64,000 nucleotides of DNA. Origin: Promethearchaeota archaeon (GTDB taxonomy: Archaea > Asgardarchaeota > Lokiarchaeia > Sigyniarchaeales > SOKP01). Both the position numbers and the translations under genes were made by a program. Below, piece after piece: positions 19,635-30,530 of this stretch. Position 1 is the stretch's first letter. Every line of letters begins with the position of its first letter. The notes under the pieces are model-generated. The model was not told the origin of the DNA and did no database searches. It was given only the letters and a program-made list of their open reading frames with translations. The stretch is taken from NCBI GenBank assembly GCA_048940925.1, contig JBHLOC010000009.1:1-64000 (forward strand), in the 5' to 3' direction.

Positions 19635-20429
19635 ATGATTAATAACGAAATCATTGTTGTGCAAAATTTAAAGAAATTTTTTGGCGAAGTCAAAGCAGTA
19701 AATGGTATTTCTTTTAAAGTGCATAAAGGAGAAGTATTTGGTCTTCTTGGTCCGAACGGAGCTGGAAAGACAACAACTATTAAACTCCTACTCGGCTTAC
19801 TTGAACCAAATGAAGGAGAAATGAGCATTTTTGGGTTAAATCCTGAACGAGAAGAAGTTAAAATTAAAAGAAGAATAGGTTATGTATCAGAAGAACCACT
19901 AATATTCAAATCGCTTACTCCTAAAGATTTATTTAACTTTATAGCTTCCATTAGAAGACTAGACGAAACTACTACTACAGAACGAGCACGAGAATATTTA
20001 GAAAGTTTTGATGCACTTGAATATTATGACCAATTAATAGCGACATTATCTCATGGTAACAAACAAAAACTTCAGATCATTGCGGCTATCCTACACGATC
20101 CAGATTTACTAATTCTAGATGAACCAATTGCAGGGCTTGATGCCAAATCAGTAAAAGTAATGAAAGAAATATTAGATTTACACATAGAAAATGGAGGTTC
20201 TGTCTTATTTTCTACCCATATTATGGAAATTGCTCAAGAATTATGTGACCGTATAGCAATCATAAATAAGGGGAAAATTGTTGGCATTGGAACAATCGAA
20301 GAACTCCGTCTACAGGCAAATAAGATAGGAGCAAGTTTAGAAGATGTATTTTTACGTTTAACCGAACAAGATACATCGGTAATTGAAATTGTAAAAAGAC
20401 TAAGAGCTTCATTTAGAAAGAAAAGTTAA
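19635..20429 (+). CDS. ABC transporter ATP-binding protein
   Basis: GPNGAGKTT, LSHGNKQ, LDEP, STH. Confidence 0.92.
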   Translation: MINNEIIVVQNLKKFFGEVKAVNGISFKVHKGEVFGLLGPNGAGKTTTIKLLLGLLEPNEGEMSIFGLNPEREEVKIKRRIGYVSEEPLIFKSLTPKDLFNFIASIRRLDETTTTERAREYLESFDALEYYDQLIATLSHGNKQKLQIIAAILHDPDLLILDEPIAGLDAKSVKVMKEILDLHIENGGSVLFSTHIMEIAQELCDRIAIINKGKIVGIGTIEELRLQANKIGASLEDVFLRLTEQDTSVIEIVKRLRASFRKKS

Positions 20430-20431
20430 CA

Positions 20432-23017
20432 GTGAAATTGATAATGGAAGAAGAAAAGTTAAAATACTACAAAATAAGTAAATTTCCCTGCTACGAAATA
20501 CTGATGGAGGGTCAAATTGCAAGTGCAGGTGCTCATCAGGCAAAGTTAATTGAAAAATTCAAGAAAAACAAGAAATATATAAAAAATCAATTTTTAGCTT
20601 TAAAGATTGTATTCTCATTTCTTTTTACATTTTTTCCCCTCCTCCCATTAATTATGTATTTTCAAGTTACACAAAATCCAGACCAAACATATACTCCAAA
20701 TACCATTTCTTTTGTATCCAGTTTCATTTTTGGAATATTTTTTGCAGTAATACTTTTATATTTGATAATGTTTGGTCTGGTTTCAACCAGTTCTTTCATG
20801 TCTGGAAATTCTTTCAAATGGTTACAGACACTTCCCTTCTCCAAAAAACAATTGAAAAAAATTGGATTTATGACCATATTCCGAAATCTTGATCTCCCAC
20901 TCATTGTATTAATCTTCTCATCTCCTATTATAATGTTAATTGCAACTCAGAATTTCTTAATTTTTATTACCATGCTCTTAGTTTCTTTTGTAAATGTAGT
21001 TTTTTGCTTTAGCTTATTGGTTATTATAGGAGAAAAAATGAGCTTTATTTTCTCAGAATCGAAGGGGAAATCAAAAAAAGTGAATATTGTTAGAATGTTG
21101 ACTATGATCAGCTATTTCGTAATTGCATTTGCTTCGGGTTTCATAATAACTTGGGGATTTAATTCTGTTGATACACTTCTAGTTACTTTCACTAATAATG
21201 AACCTTCTGATATGATGAATATTATTTTTAGCTTAATTCCATACCCTTTTGCACCAGGATATCTGATATCATTAAGTAGTATGCCAAATCAAGTTCCCTT
21301 AGGAATAATAGGGAGTACGATCATAGGGTTTGCCTTATTCATATTAATTACAGTGATTCTATTTAGGACTGCTCAACGAGCTTTACGTAGCACGATTTCC
21401 ACAGAAATAAAAGTAGAAGAAGTCGAAAAGCGAGAGATAGAAGTAGAAGTAACTCCTAAATCACCTATACTGGCATATTTAAGGAAAGATTTAATATCAA
21501 CGACACGTGATTTACAGTCATTTATGTTTATTTTCTTCCCTCTTTTTTATCCTTTAATACTGATCTTAACCATGCAAGTACCAATTAATATGGCAGTAAC
21601 ATCGATAGAAGGGATTTTAATCCTTTGGTCGATAGTGTTAGCAGTTTATCTATTTATTCCTCCAATGTTAATTGTAGGTTTCTTAAATATTGAAGAATCA
21701 GGCTCATCTACAATTGCATCGTTACCTATTTTACCTCGTGAACAAGCTAAAGCTAAAATCATATTAATGTTATCAATTCAAGGGATATCAATAATTCTGT
21801 CATCTATAGTGCTTATGTTATTAACTGGTTCGATAATTATATTAATATTATTCTTAGTCAGTTTACCTATAGCTTGGACTTTATTATTATTTATGTTTGA
21901 GATGAAGATTCGACTTTTCGGTAAAATAAAATACAAATATATTATTGAGGAGTTAAATAAAGAACATAAAGTTGGAAAATGGATACTAATGTTAGTATCT
22001 TTATTTTTATTATATGTTACGATTTCAATAGCAGGTAATCTCTTGTTCTATATTTTCGGTATAATTACTGCATTAATTGCTTTAGGGATAATAGGGCTCA
22101 TTGGAGTTTCAAGCCTAATATTTGTGTTCACTAGAATGTTTCCCAAAGTTGAAAAAATGCGTGAATACGTCACAGGAGGATTATTACGAGAGAATGTAAA
22201 TATAGGGACTATATTCTTAATGATTTTGTATCTTGTTTTCGGACTTTTAGTGATCCCTCTACAATTGCTCTTTTTACCTATAATACTAAATCTAAATCTC
22301 CTCGGATTGTTATTCTTTCAATTTATCCTATCTTTTAGTCTAACTGCACTTTTATGGCTTGTATTGGTACCTCTTGGATTAAAACTGCCTAAGAGAGAAT
22401 CTTTTAGAGAATTTACGCAGACTATTGGACTAAGTACGGTTAGGCCTATCTGGCGGAATGTGTTACTTGGAATTAGTAATATTATGATAATTGGCTTTTC
22501 TCTAATTCTATTTGGAAATCTCCTTGGGAAATGGACCCTCAACTGGAATGTTTTATTTGGGTTTCCAAGTATTACAACGGGTTTAGGTTGGTTTTTATTG
22601 ATATTAGCGATTATACCTGGAATCTGGGAAGAAGTGGCATTTAGAGGGGTAATATTAAATTTACAATTAAAGAAATATTCACATAGAACTTCAATTATCT
22701 CAAATGGCGTACTATTTGGATTATTCCATTTAACAAATTTAATATTGGGAGCAAATTTATTCTTAACTTTTATGCAAGTAATTTATGCAAGTTGTATCGG
22801 GATTTCCTTTGCTTATATGTATACGAGGACAAGAAGTTTACTCCCATGTATATTAACGCATTATTTACTTGATTCTGTTGGACAGTTATTCCTTTTTGTA
22901 TCAATTCCTAACAATCTAAATTTAGCTTTATATCTAATATTCGGTCTTGGTGTTATACCCATGATTTTTATCATCGCTTTAACAAAATTACTAGTTAAAC
23001 AAAATAGTAGAATGTAA
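20432..23017 (+). CDS. ABC-2 permease fused to C-terminal CPBP (CAAX/Abi) intramembrane protease
   Basis: Multi-TM N-terminal region; C-terminal EEVAFRG, FGLFH, HYLLD CPBP motifs. Confidence 0.8.
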   Translation: MKLIMEEEKLKYYKISKFPCYEILMEGQIASAGAHQAKLIEKFKKNKKYIKNQFLALKIVFSFLFTFFPLLPLIMYFQVTQNPDQTYTPNTISFVSSFIFGIFFAVILLYLIMFGLVSTSSFMSGNSFKWLQTLPFSKKQLKKIGFMTIFRNLDLPLIVLIFSSPIIMLIATQNFLIFITMLLVSFVNVVFCFSLLVIIGEKMSFIFSESKGKSKKVNIVRMLTMISYFVIAFASGFIITWGFNSVDTLLVTFTNNEPSDMMNIIFSLIPYPFAPGYLISLSSMPNQVPLGIIGSTIIGFALFILITVILFRTAQRALRSTISTEIKVEEVEKREIEVEVTPKSPILAYLRKDLISTTRDLQSFMFIFFPLFYPLILILTMQVPINMAVTSIEGILILWSIVLAVYLFIPPMLIVGFLNIEESGSSTIASLPILPREQAKAKIILMLSIQGISIILSSIVLMLLTGSIIILILFLVSLPIAWTLLLFMFEMKIRLFGKIKYKYIIEELNKEHKVGKWILMLVSLFLLYVTISIAGNLLFYIFGIITALIALGIIGLIGVSSLIFVFTRMFPKVEKMREYVTGGLLRENVNIGTIFLMILYLVFGLLVIPLQLLFLPIILNLNLLGLLFFQFILSFSLTALLWLVLVPLGLKLPKRESFREFTQTIGLSTVRPIWRNVLLGISNIMIIGFSLILFGNLLGKWTLNWNVLFGFPSITTGLGWFLLILAIIPGIWEEVAFRGVILNLQLKKYSHRTSIISNGVLFGLFHLTNLILGANLFLTFMQVIYASCIGISFAYMYTRTRSLLPCILTHYLLDSVGQLFLFVSIPNNLNLALYLIFGLGVIPMIFIIALTKLLVKQNSRM

Positions 23018-23177
23018 AAATACAAAATTTTTCTTTTTAATCAATTTATTTATTATATTTTTAAAATGCAAAATAGATTGTTTTAAGTAAGGATTTCAAG
23101 AGTATATAAATAATTCAATATTTATATCCTAAGAAGTTAAAATTGATTTTTATAAAGAAATATAGAAACTGAACTTT

Positions 23178-24818
23178 ATGGAAAGACTAAATTCTTATAA
23201 ACGATCATTTTTATTAAAGAATGCCAAGATAATTGATGGTACTGGAAATCCATGGTTTAAGGCAGATCTATTGATTGAAAATGGTAAAATTAAGGAAATT
23301 TCCCGAAGCATTATAAGTAAAGATGTTGATGAGGTATTTGATGTTCACGGACTAATAGTTTCACCAGGTTTCATTGATATTCACACTCATTCCGATCAAA
23401 CAATTTTTACAAGTCGAGGTGAGAATATATTAACTCAAGGAGTAACCACTCATGTTGTTGGAAATTGTGGTTTTTCTATAACACCCATAGATCAAGAATT
23501 GGAAAAAGATGAAGTTTATGATATGATTAAATCAATTCTCGAATTTGGTGAAAATTACAAATTATATCGACATTTGAATGAATACTTGCTCGATTTGGAA
23601 AAAAAAGGGATCCCTATTAACATAATTCCACTAATAGGTCATTCAATGATAAGATTAATGGTCTTAGGTGTAGAAAATAGGGCGCCTAATCAAGATGAAT
23701 TAAAGAGAATGAAAGAAATACTTAGGGAAGAATTAAAGCAAGGTGCTTTTGGAATGTCAACTGGATTAGATTATCCTCCTGGTTCTTTTGCAAAAACTGA
23801 AGAAATTATTGAACTCTGTAAAGTTGTCTCTGAATTCAAAGGTATTTATACAACTCATTTTCGCGGATTTGCGAGTGGTTTAATAAGAGCAACTAAGGAA
23901 GCAATTAAAATTGCTAGAACGGGAATTTCTGTAGAAATTTCCCATTTTAAACCCTTTGGTTTTTGGGTAGGTGATATTAGAAAAGCTTGTAAAGTGGTAG
24001 AACGAGCCCGTGAAGATGGTTTGGATGTTACTTTTGATGTATTTCCTCATGCATCAAACTATACTTTCTTGTTCGCAATGGTACCTCCCTGGATTTACAT
24101 TTCGAAAGATAGGGTCGATAATGTTAATGCAATAGAGATATTAAAGAAATCTCGAACTGATGATGAATTGAAAAATAAGATACTTCGAGAAATGGCAACA
24201 ATCGCCAGTAGTTTAATGAATATAAAAGAAGATAAAGATTGGGCGAAAGTGTATATAGATGCCCCAAGAAATAAGGAATATAATGGCAAACATGTATATC
24301 AAATTTCATTAGAGAAAAAGATTGATCCACGAGAGGCAGTTATAGAGATTTTAATTGATGAAAATGGATCTGTGAATGCAACTTACCTCTCAATAACCGA
24401 AGAAGATAATATAATAACAATTGTACATCCACTTTCAATGATTGCTTCTGATGGGTTTATAATACCCGAAAATTCAGATGTCTTTCCTAATCCGTATTGT
24501 AATGGTACATTTACTCAAGTTTTAGGGAAATATGTACGTGAAGAAAAAGCTCTAACATTACATGATGCGATTAGAAAAATGACTTCGTTTCCTGCTCAAA
24601 AATTGGGATTAAAAGATCGTGGCTTACTTAAAGAAGAATATTGGGCAGATATCACGATATTTGATGCCGATAAAATAATTGACAAAGCAACTTATGAGAA
24701 TCCTCGATTATATTCTGAAGGTGTTGAATATGTTTTCGTAAATGGAGTGCTAGCTTATAATAAGGGAAATTTTACAGGGGCATTATCTGGAATACCGTTA
24801 AGAAAAACACGATTATGA
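23178..24818 (+). CDS. N-acyl-D-amino-acid deacylase (amidohydrolase)
   Basis: PGFIDIHTHSD, GNCG, STGLDY, SDG, RKMTSFPA. Confidence 0.85.
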   Translation: MERLNSYKRSFLLKNAKIIDGTGNPWFKADLLIENGKIKEISRSIISKDVDEVFDVHGLIVSPGFIDIHTHSDQTIFTSRGENILTQGVTTHVVGNCGFSITPIDQELEKDEVYDMIKSILEFGENYKLYRHLNEYLLDLEKKGIPINIIPLIGHSMIRLMVLGVENRAPNQDELKRMKEILREELKQGAFGMSTGLDYPPGSFAKTEEIIELCKVVSEFKGIYTTHFRGFASGLIRATKEAIKIARTGISVEISHFKPFGFWVGDIRKACKVVERAREDGLDVTFDVFPHASNYTFLFAMVPPWIYISKDRVDNVNAIEILKKSRTDDELKNKILREMATIASSLMNIKEDKDWAKVYIDAPRNKEYNGKHVYQISLEKKIDPREAVIEILIDENGSVNATYLSITEEDNIITIVHPLSMIASDGFIIPENSDVFPNPYCNGTFTQVLGKYVREEKALTLHDAIRKMTSFPAQKLGLKDRGLLKEEYWADITIFDADKIIDKATYENPRLYSEGVEYVFVNGVLAYNKGNFTGALSGIPLRKTRL

Positions 24819-26123
24819 TAATTCATAATCAATCTTTTTTTCATTTATTAAAAAAGCAATACATATTCGTAATGCGCATTCTAATGTTCCCTTTTTAATT
24901 TTATCTAATGTATCTGTAGATTGATGGTAGTAGCTCGAACGAGTCTTCCAATCAGCAGAATTCAAAAATCCTGCTTTAATTCCTGCTTTTGAAAATGCTG
25001 CCGCATCGGAGCCTCCACTTAAACGACCTGCTGTTTTTTCTATTTTTCCTGCCCCAAATCTCTTTGCATTAACCTTAGCACGTATTGTCGCTTTTAAAAG
25101 CTTTTGAATAACTTCTTCAGAATGCCAAGTTCTTGTGGTAGGTTCAAATTCGATTATGTGAAAATGATCAGGAGACTCAAGGCCATCCATATTTATAACT
25201 TGTGTATCATATTTTTTCAACTCTCCATGATGAGCTTCTACATATCTATAAGCCCCTCTCAGACCAGCTTCTTCACAACCAAAACTTATCAATCTTATTT
25301 CAGTATTATTTGGGATTACATCTATTTCTTTTTTTAAATATCGTGCTATTCCTTGAACAACTGAGCAACTACTTAGATTGTCTACTGCACCAGGAACAAC
25401 GTTTCCCTTATCTCCTACTGGTACAAAAAAATAAAGACCTATAATACACGGACTTCCAATTATTGATGTCCAAATCATTATATTAAAAAAAATTGCCTTT
25501 AGACTGATTATTCCAATCAATACAAACAGGAGATGTGAAAATGAAAGAACTAACCACATTAACATTATCAATATTCCCCCAAATGCAAGAGGTATAAATT
25601 TCCATCCTAATAGTTTTATTAATTTGAATTCAATAGCGCTATCCATATGGCTTGAGAAAATTATGATTTTTTTTAATTCTCCTTTTGGTCTAAATTTCCC
25701 AATTACGTTTTTGGAGGCTTTTTTTCGAAATAGAGGATCTATAAATTCTTTATAGTTAAAAAATTCCTCCCACATCACCAAAAAAGGGATTAACACAAAT
25801 AAAAAGGATATTATTGCTAAGATTAACAACCAATAGAAATTTGTAAATATTTGACTTAAAAAATAAAGAAAAATTGAAATTATAATCATAATCATATCCA
25901 ACTTGATCCAACCTAAAAATGCTTTTGGATGACATGTAAAATCTTCAACTACAACATCATCACAGGATTTTTTAAACTCTTTTTCAATAATTTCAGCAGC
26001 TTTAGCTTCTTGAGAACTACAAGGAATTCTCGGCCCCACTTCAGTAAGGATTTGATGAACAAAACCATACATAAATTCTGAATCTTCTTTAGAAATTTCT
26101 ATATTCATAATTGAATTAATCAC
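24813..26123 (-). CDS. M28 family peptidase with inserted transmembrane helices
   Basis: HMDS, GAVDN, CEEAGLRG, GSD, YH motifs; stop overlaps the convergent gene's stop (TTATGA). Confidence 0.82.
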   Translation of the reverse strand: MINSIMNIEISKEDSEFMYGFVHQILTEVGPRIPCSSQEAKAAEIIEKEFKKSCDDVVVEDFTCHPKAFLGWIKLDMIMIIISIFLYFLSQIFTNFYWLLILAIISFLFVLIPFLVMWEEFFNYKEFIDPLFRKKASKNVIGKFRPKGELKKIIIFSSHMDSAIEFKLIKLLGWKFIPLAFGGILIMLMWLVLSFSHLLFVLIGIISLKAIFFNIMIWTSIIGSPCIIGLYFFVPVGDKGNVVPGAVDNLSSCSVVQGIARYLKKEIDVIPNNTEIRLISFGCEEAGLRGAYRYVEAHHGELKKYDTQVINMDGLESPDHFHIIEFEPTTRTWHSEEVIQKLLKATIRAKVNAKRFGAGKIEKTAGRLSGGSDAAAFSKAGIKAGFLNSADWKTRSSYYHQSTDTLDKIKKGTLECALRICIAFLINEKKIDYELS

Positions 26124-26178
26124 TTTTTTAAAAAAACTTTTAACATATTTAAGAAGATTTAATTTAAATGGACTAACT

Positions 26179-26934
26179 TTGAAGTTAATTTTTCCGAGAA
26201 CATTGAAGTTATTGAAAGATCAATATGTTTGTAAAAGCTGTGGATATAATCTAATTGGTTATTACCCAGAATTCTGTCCTTTTTGTGGAGCTTCTTATGT
26301 AAATTTTATTACAGCAGAAGAATGTTCTCAAGAATATTCAATTGTAAGTACTAAAATTAATAATAAAATAGATCGTTTAAGTTCTTACCCTAAATTGGGA
26401 TTAGAACATTCAGCTTATTGTATTAAAATAAAAAGTAAAAATTTTTGGATTGATAGTCCTTCTACTTTCAGTAAGGATTTAGAACCCATGGATAAAATTT
26501 TATTTACACATCATCATTTTTTAGGAGCTTCTAATCTTTATAGGGCTTATTATACAACATTTATTTGGATTCATAAGAAAGATTCTGAACATCCAATTGC
26601 TAGTGAGCACCCGTTTGATAAGAAATTTGAACATGATTTTAGTATTGAAGGTATTGAAGCTCACATTATCAATGGCCATACACCAGGCTTTACATTTTAT
26701 ATTTTTGAAGATGTACTCTTTATTTGTGATTATTTTTTCTTAAAAAAAGAAAAGCTTATTTTGAATCCTTATGGTCCTGCTCATTCAACCATGAAGGGGC
26801 TAAAAAAAATAAAAGAAATCCTTAGAAACCGAAATATCAAAACAGTATGTGGATATAATTATGTTTTAGATTATAATAATTGGAATAAAAAATTATTAAT
26901 CTTAGATAATGATAGTAATGCAACAAAAATGTAA
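26179..26934 (+). CDS. Rubredoxin-like + metallo-beta-lactamase fold protein
   Basis: CKSCGY...CPFCG, then THHHF, GHTPG, ICD; start may be a later TTG. Confidence 0.7.
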   Translation: MKLIFPRTLKLLKDQYVCKSCGYNLIGYYPEFCPFCGASYVNFITAEECSQEYSIVSTKINNKIDRLSSYPKLGLEHSAYCIKIKSKNFWIDSPSTFSKDLEPMDKILFTHHHFLGASNLYRAYYTTFIWIHKKDSEHPIASEHPFDKKFEHDFSIEGIEAHIINGHTPGFTFYIFEDVLFICDYFFLKKEKLILNPYGPAHSTMKGLKKIKEILRNRNIKTVCGYNYVLDYNNWNKKLLILDNDSNATKM

Positions 26935-27043
26935 TTATACTATTCCTAAATAACTCAAGTTAGATTTTAAGAAATTTGTTAATCTTTTTATGTTGAGTTA
27001 ATGTATTATTATTAGGATAGGATTAAATTAGCCAATTTAAAAA

Positions 27044-27892
27044 ATGAGTCATAAATTTAAAGTACTCGAAGTAAAATGCCCTACATGTGGAATAATCAAA
27101 AATATTAGTATTCCCGAAGCGATTTTTTCACAAAAAAAGTTTGGAACTATTAAAGTTCAAGTACCGATAAATGCGGTATGTCCAGAACACCAATTTATAG
27201 TTTTTGTGGATACCAAGGGAATTATAAGGGGCTATGAAAAAATTGACCTACTTATGGCTTCTATTTCTCCTGAAGCAGAGAGTGAAGCTGAAGGAAGAAT
27301 AAATCTTAGAAATTTAATTCAAATGTTTGGTACTTATGGTATGTTTAGTCTAATTCATGCTAAGCTTTTTAATTATCCCGCCTATATTATAAAAGATGAC
27401 ACTTTTGAACATTCTGAAGAAATATTAAATAAAGTTGGGGATAGTATTTTACCTGAAAGGTTTAAGGGAAATAAAACAGTCTATTTACTCGATGAATCTG
27501 ATATTAGTAAAATTAAAATAAAAAATAAAGAATCATTGATAATGGATACACACCAAAATATTTTTCAAACCCCATGGAAAGAAAAATTAAAATTTGAAGA
27601 ACAAATCCTAAAAAGAGCTTTAGAAATTATTGATGAACAAGAACAACAAAAACTACTTCAACAAGATATTTCCCGATTTATAAGTGAAGTGAATTATGTT
27701 GTTTCTTTGCTTGAAGTTGTTGATACTATTTATGAAGATGAGCTAATTGAACAACTGTCTAAAGCTTTGAAAATAAAAAAAATAAGTACTTATCGTTTGA
27801 ATTTGATCAAAGAATTTATCAAAAGAAATATTTCTGCAAAGATTGTCTCAAAAATTAAAAGTAGAGTTGGAGAGTTTTTAAGTATTATTTAA
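27044..27892 (+). CDS. Hypothetical protein with N-terminal Cys/His zinc-binding domain
   Basis: CPTC...CPEH.FIVFVD..G..RGYEKID. Confidence 0.7.
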   Translation: MSHKFKVLEVKCPTCGIIKNISIPEAIFSQKKFGTIKVQVPINAVCPEHQFIVFVDTKGIIRGYEKIDLLMASISPEAESEAEGRINLRNLIQMFGTYGMFSLIHAKLFNYPAYIIKDDTFEHSEEILNKVGDSILPERFKGNKTVYLLDESDISKIKIKNKESLIMDTHQNIFQTPWKEKLKFEEQILKRALEIIDEQEQQKLLQQDISRFISEVNYVVSLLEVVDTIYEDELIEQLSKALKIKKISTYRLNLIKEFIKRNISAKIVSKIKSRVGEFLSII

Positions 27893-28010
27893 CTAATATC
27901 TTATTAAACTTAGTATTCTCCAATTTATAGTAAAAATAAAATAAAGATCGTTAATTAATTTATAAAAACTAACAATAAAAATTATAAATGTTATGAAAGG
28001 TGAAATTTAA

Positions 28011-28805
28011 ATGGTAGTAGTGGGTGATTGGGGCTTTCAAAATAGATTAAATAGAATAATTAAGCCCAAGAGTGGACGATGTGTAATGCTAGCTATAGAT
28101 CACGGGTATTTCGGAAATGTACCTGGTCAGCTGAAATGTTTTGCAGATATGACCCCTTTATTTGAGTATGCAGATGCTCTAATGCTAACACGTGGTATGC
28201 TAAGAAATTGTGTTCCAGCTGAAATTGATATTCCAATAGTCTTAAGAGTTTCTGCTGGAGCTAGTATGCTGAAAGAACTCTCAAATGAAGAAATCAACGT
28301 AGCTGTTGATGATGCATTGCGATTAAATGTCTCTGCTATAACTTGTTCTATCTTTGTTGGTGGAGAATATGAGAAACAGACTTTAATGAATCTTTCAAAA
28401 TTAGTTAATTGGGGACAGCAATATGGTATTCCTACATTAGCTGTGACTGCTGTAGGTAGAGAAATGGTGAGAGACGCACGTTATCTTGGAATGGCAAGTA
28501 GAATGGCTGCAGAAATGGGTGCTACTTTTGTTAAGACTTATTATTGTGAAAATTTCGAGGATGTCACTAGCATTTGCCCAGCACCAATCGTAATTGCTGG
28601 AGGGAAGAAAATCGATGAAAGAGATGCATTACAGATGGCAAAGAATGCAATTGACAAAGGTGCAAAAGGCGTGGACATGGGTAGGAATATTTTCCAGTCG
28701 GACAAACCGATTGGCATGATTAAAGCTGTAAGAGCTATAGTTCATGATAACGTATCAGTTGATGAAGCCTATGAGATTTATAAACAAGGTCCTGTAGGGC
28801 TATAA
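28011..28805 (+). CDS. lsrF: LsrF-like class I aldolase/thiolase (3-hydroxy-5-phosphonooxypentane-2,4-dione thiolase family)
   Basis: DWG...RL, MLAIDHGY, VKTYYC, IAGGKK, GVDMGRNIFQ; SD AGGTGA. Confidence 0.85.
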   Translation: MVVVGDWGFQNRLNRIIKPKSGRCVMLAIDHGYFGNVPGQLKCFADMTPLFEYADALMLTRGMLRNCVPAEIDIPIVLRVSAGASMLKELSNEEINVAVDDALRLNVSAITCSIFVGGEYEKQTLMNLSKLVNWGQQYGIPTLAVTAVGREMVRDARYLGMASRMAAEMGATFVKTYYCENFEDVTSICPAPIVIAGGKKIDERDALQMAKNAIDKGAKGVDMGRNIFQSDKPIGMIKAVRAIVHDNVSVDEAYEIYKQGPVGL

Positions 28806-28951
28806 TTTATTTTTATTTTCTTATTTTTTAGTTTTAATTTAATTTCATATTTAACCTAATATTATTGAGATTTCTACATTTATATGCAAGGAAAAATATT
28901 AATTCAAAATTATTTAAAAAAATGATTTTTCAAATAGAAGGTGATTTATGA

Positions 28952-29359
28952 ATGGTGGATGATATTTTAAAATTCACTAGATTGACTTTTATAATCCATT
29001 TTGTAATAGGGCTTATTTTTACAATTTTCTTTTGGTTTCCTGAGGTTGCTGCAGATATGTATGGGATAACTTATTCTGATGAAACTGTTGCTATGGACAT
29101 GGTGATTGGGGCCCTTTTTGCTGCGTTAACAGTGAGTTCATTATTCGGATTCTTAGCAAAAGAATGGAGGGAAGTTAAAATTGTGGTTATCGCTGAAATT
29201 GTATGGCTTGTGTTAGGTCTAATAGCTTTTATTATTAATTTCTCGGTTTATGAAGTAGGAATGGCAGTCCTACAACTAATCATTGGTATAATTCTTCTGA
29301 TACTCTTTTTATTAGTCTTTTTGCAACAGGAAGAAATCGTAAAAACACTGTGGAAATGA
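28952..29359 (+). CDS. Small integral membrane protein
   Basis: Four hydrophobic helices; SD AGGTGA. Confidence 0.75.
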   Translation: MVDDILKFTRLTFIIHFVIGLIFTIFFWFPEVAADMYGITYSDETVAMDMVIGALFAALTVSSLFGFLAKEWREVKIVVIAEIVWLVLGLIAFIINFSVYEVGMAVLQLIIGIILLILFLLVFLQQEEIVKTLWK

Positions 29360-29504
29360 AGAAATGTATATCAAAATATAATTGTTAAATTTTTTTTTGC
29401 TTATCCATTTGGGAAGTAATTTAATCATTGCTCAAGGTTAAGTTATTAAATCCTAATTTATTTTTTATAGCAATAAATTGACTGTTTTTCACTAATTTAA
29501 TTCT

Positions 29505-30467
29505 ATGTCCTTACCAAAAATTGGCAATCTTGATATTAGATACGTAACGGAAGATATAATATTAATCCATCAAATAAAGCCACCCTTCTTTTTTTCTTGC
29601 TGCGATGGTCTCCTTATATTACCTAAAGTAGGTCGAAATCAAAATACTATAGCACTTGATTTGAATATTGAACCAAAATATGTGAATTCTTTAAATGACA
29701 TTTATGGTCCTGTTTCAAATTATGTTTGTTCTCATGGTCACCTTGATCATACGTGTCATGTTCACGCTTGGGAAGAACTTGGAGCAAAAATTCATGCTCC
29801 AAATCCGGAATCAAGTTATTTGCTAGATCTTCACGAATTTTATAATGGTTTTGGGTTTGATGAACAATTAGATTTTAATACTGTTAAAAAATTCGGAAAA
29901 TCAAATGGATACAAAAAATGCAATCAAGTTAATTCATTTTATCCAGGCGAATCGTTAAAATTTGAAGATTTTGAAATTGACACAATTTCTTTCTCCGGTC
30001 ATTCAAAAGGGCATATAGGCTTTTTTTTACCTAAGGAGCGAGTTTTTCACATTAGCTGTTTAGGATTTGATAAGCCTTCGCCACAAATCGAGGGTTTCGG
30101 ACCTTGGTATGGATTCAAACAATGCTCAATTAAACAATACTATAATGATATTGAGCTAGCCGAAAAAATTTTTATGAATAATGCTAAATTTCTGACTTCT
30201 AGTCATTCCTATATAGTAATTTATCCTGATTCAAGTCCTTTTAATTATATGAGAAATAAAATTCAAATGAAGCAAAAAATAGTTGATGATGCTTTAAAAA
30301 GTTTTAATTTAAGTGAAATAACTAAAAAAGCTTTATTAGCACATTTACTTGAAAAAGATTTATTTTTTCCAAAGAAAAAGTTAAAAGGTGTTGTTTTGGA
30401 TATTTTCAAATTTTGGGAATCATGGATAATTAGAAAACATATACAGAATAGTGATCATTTTCAATAA
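29505..30467 (+). CDS. MBL-fold metallo-hydrolase
   Basis: SHGHLDH, GHS, SSH. Confidence 0.8.
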   Translation: MSLPKIGNLDIRYVTEDIILIHQIKPPFFFSCCDGLLILPKVGRNQNTIALDLNIEPKYVNSLNDIYGPVSNYVCSHGHLDHTCHVHAWEELGAKIHAPNPESSYLLDLHEFYNGFGFDEQLDFNTVKKFGKSNGYKKCNQVNSFYPGESLKFEDFEIDTISFSGHSKGHIGFFLPKERVFHISCLGFDKPSPQIEGFGPWYGFKQCSIKQYYNDIELAEKIFMNNAKFLTSSHSYIVIYPDSSPFNYMRNKIQMKQKIVDDALKSFNLSEITKKALLAHLLEKDLFFPKKKLKGVVLDIFKFWESWIIRKHIQNSDHFQ

Positions 30468-30530
30468 TGCCAAGAAATTTAATATCTTAAAATACTTCTA
30501 AATCTAAATTAAAGAAAAAACTAAAGAATT

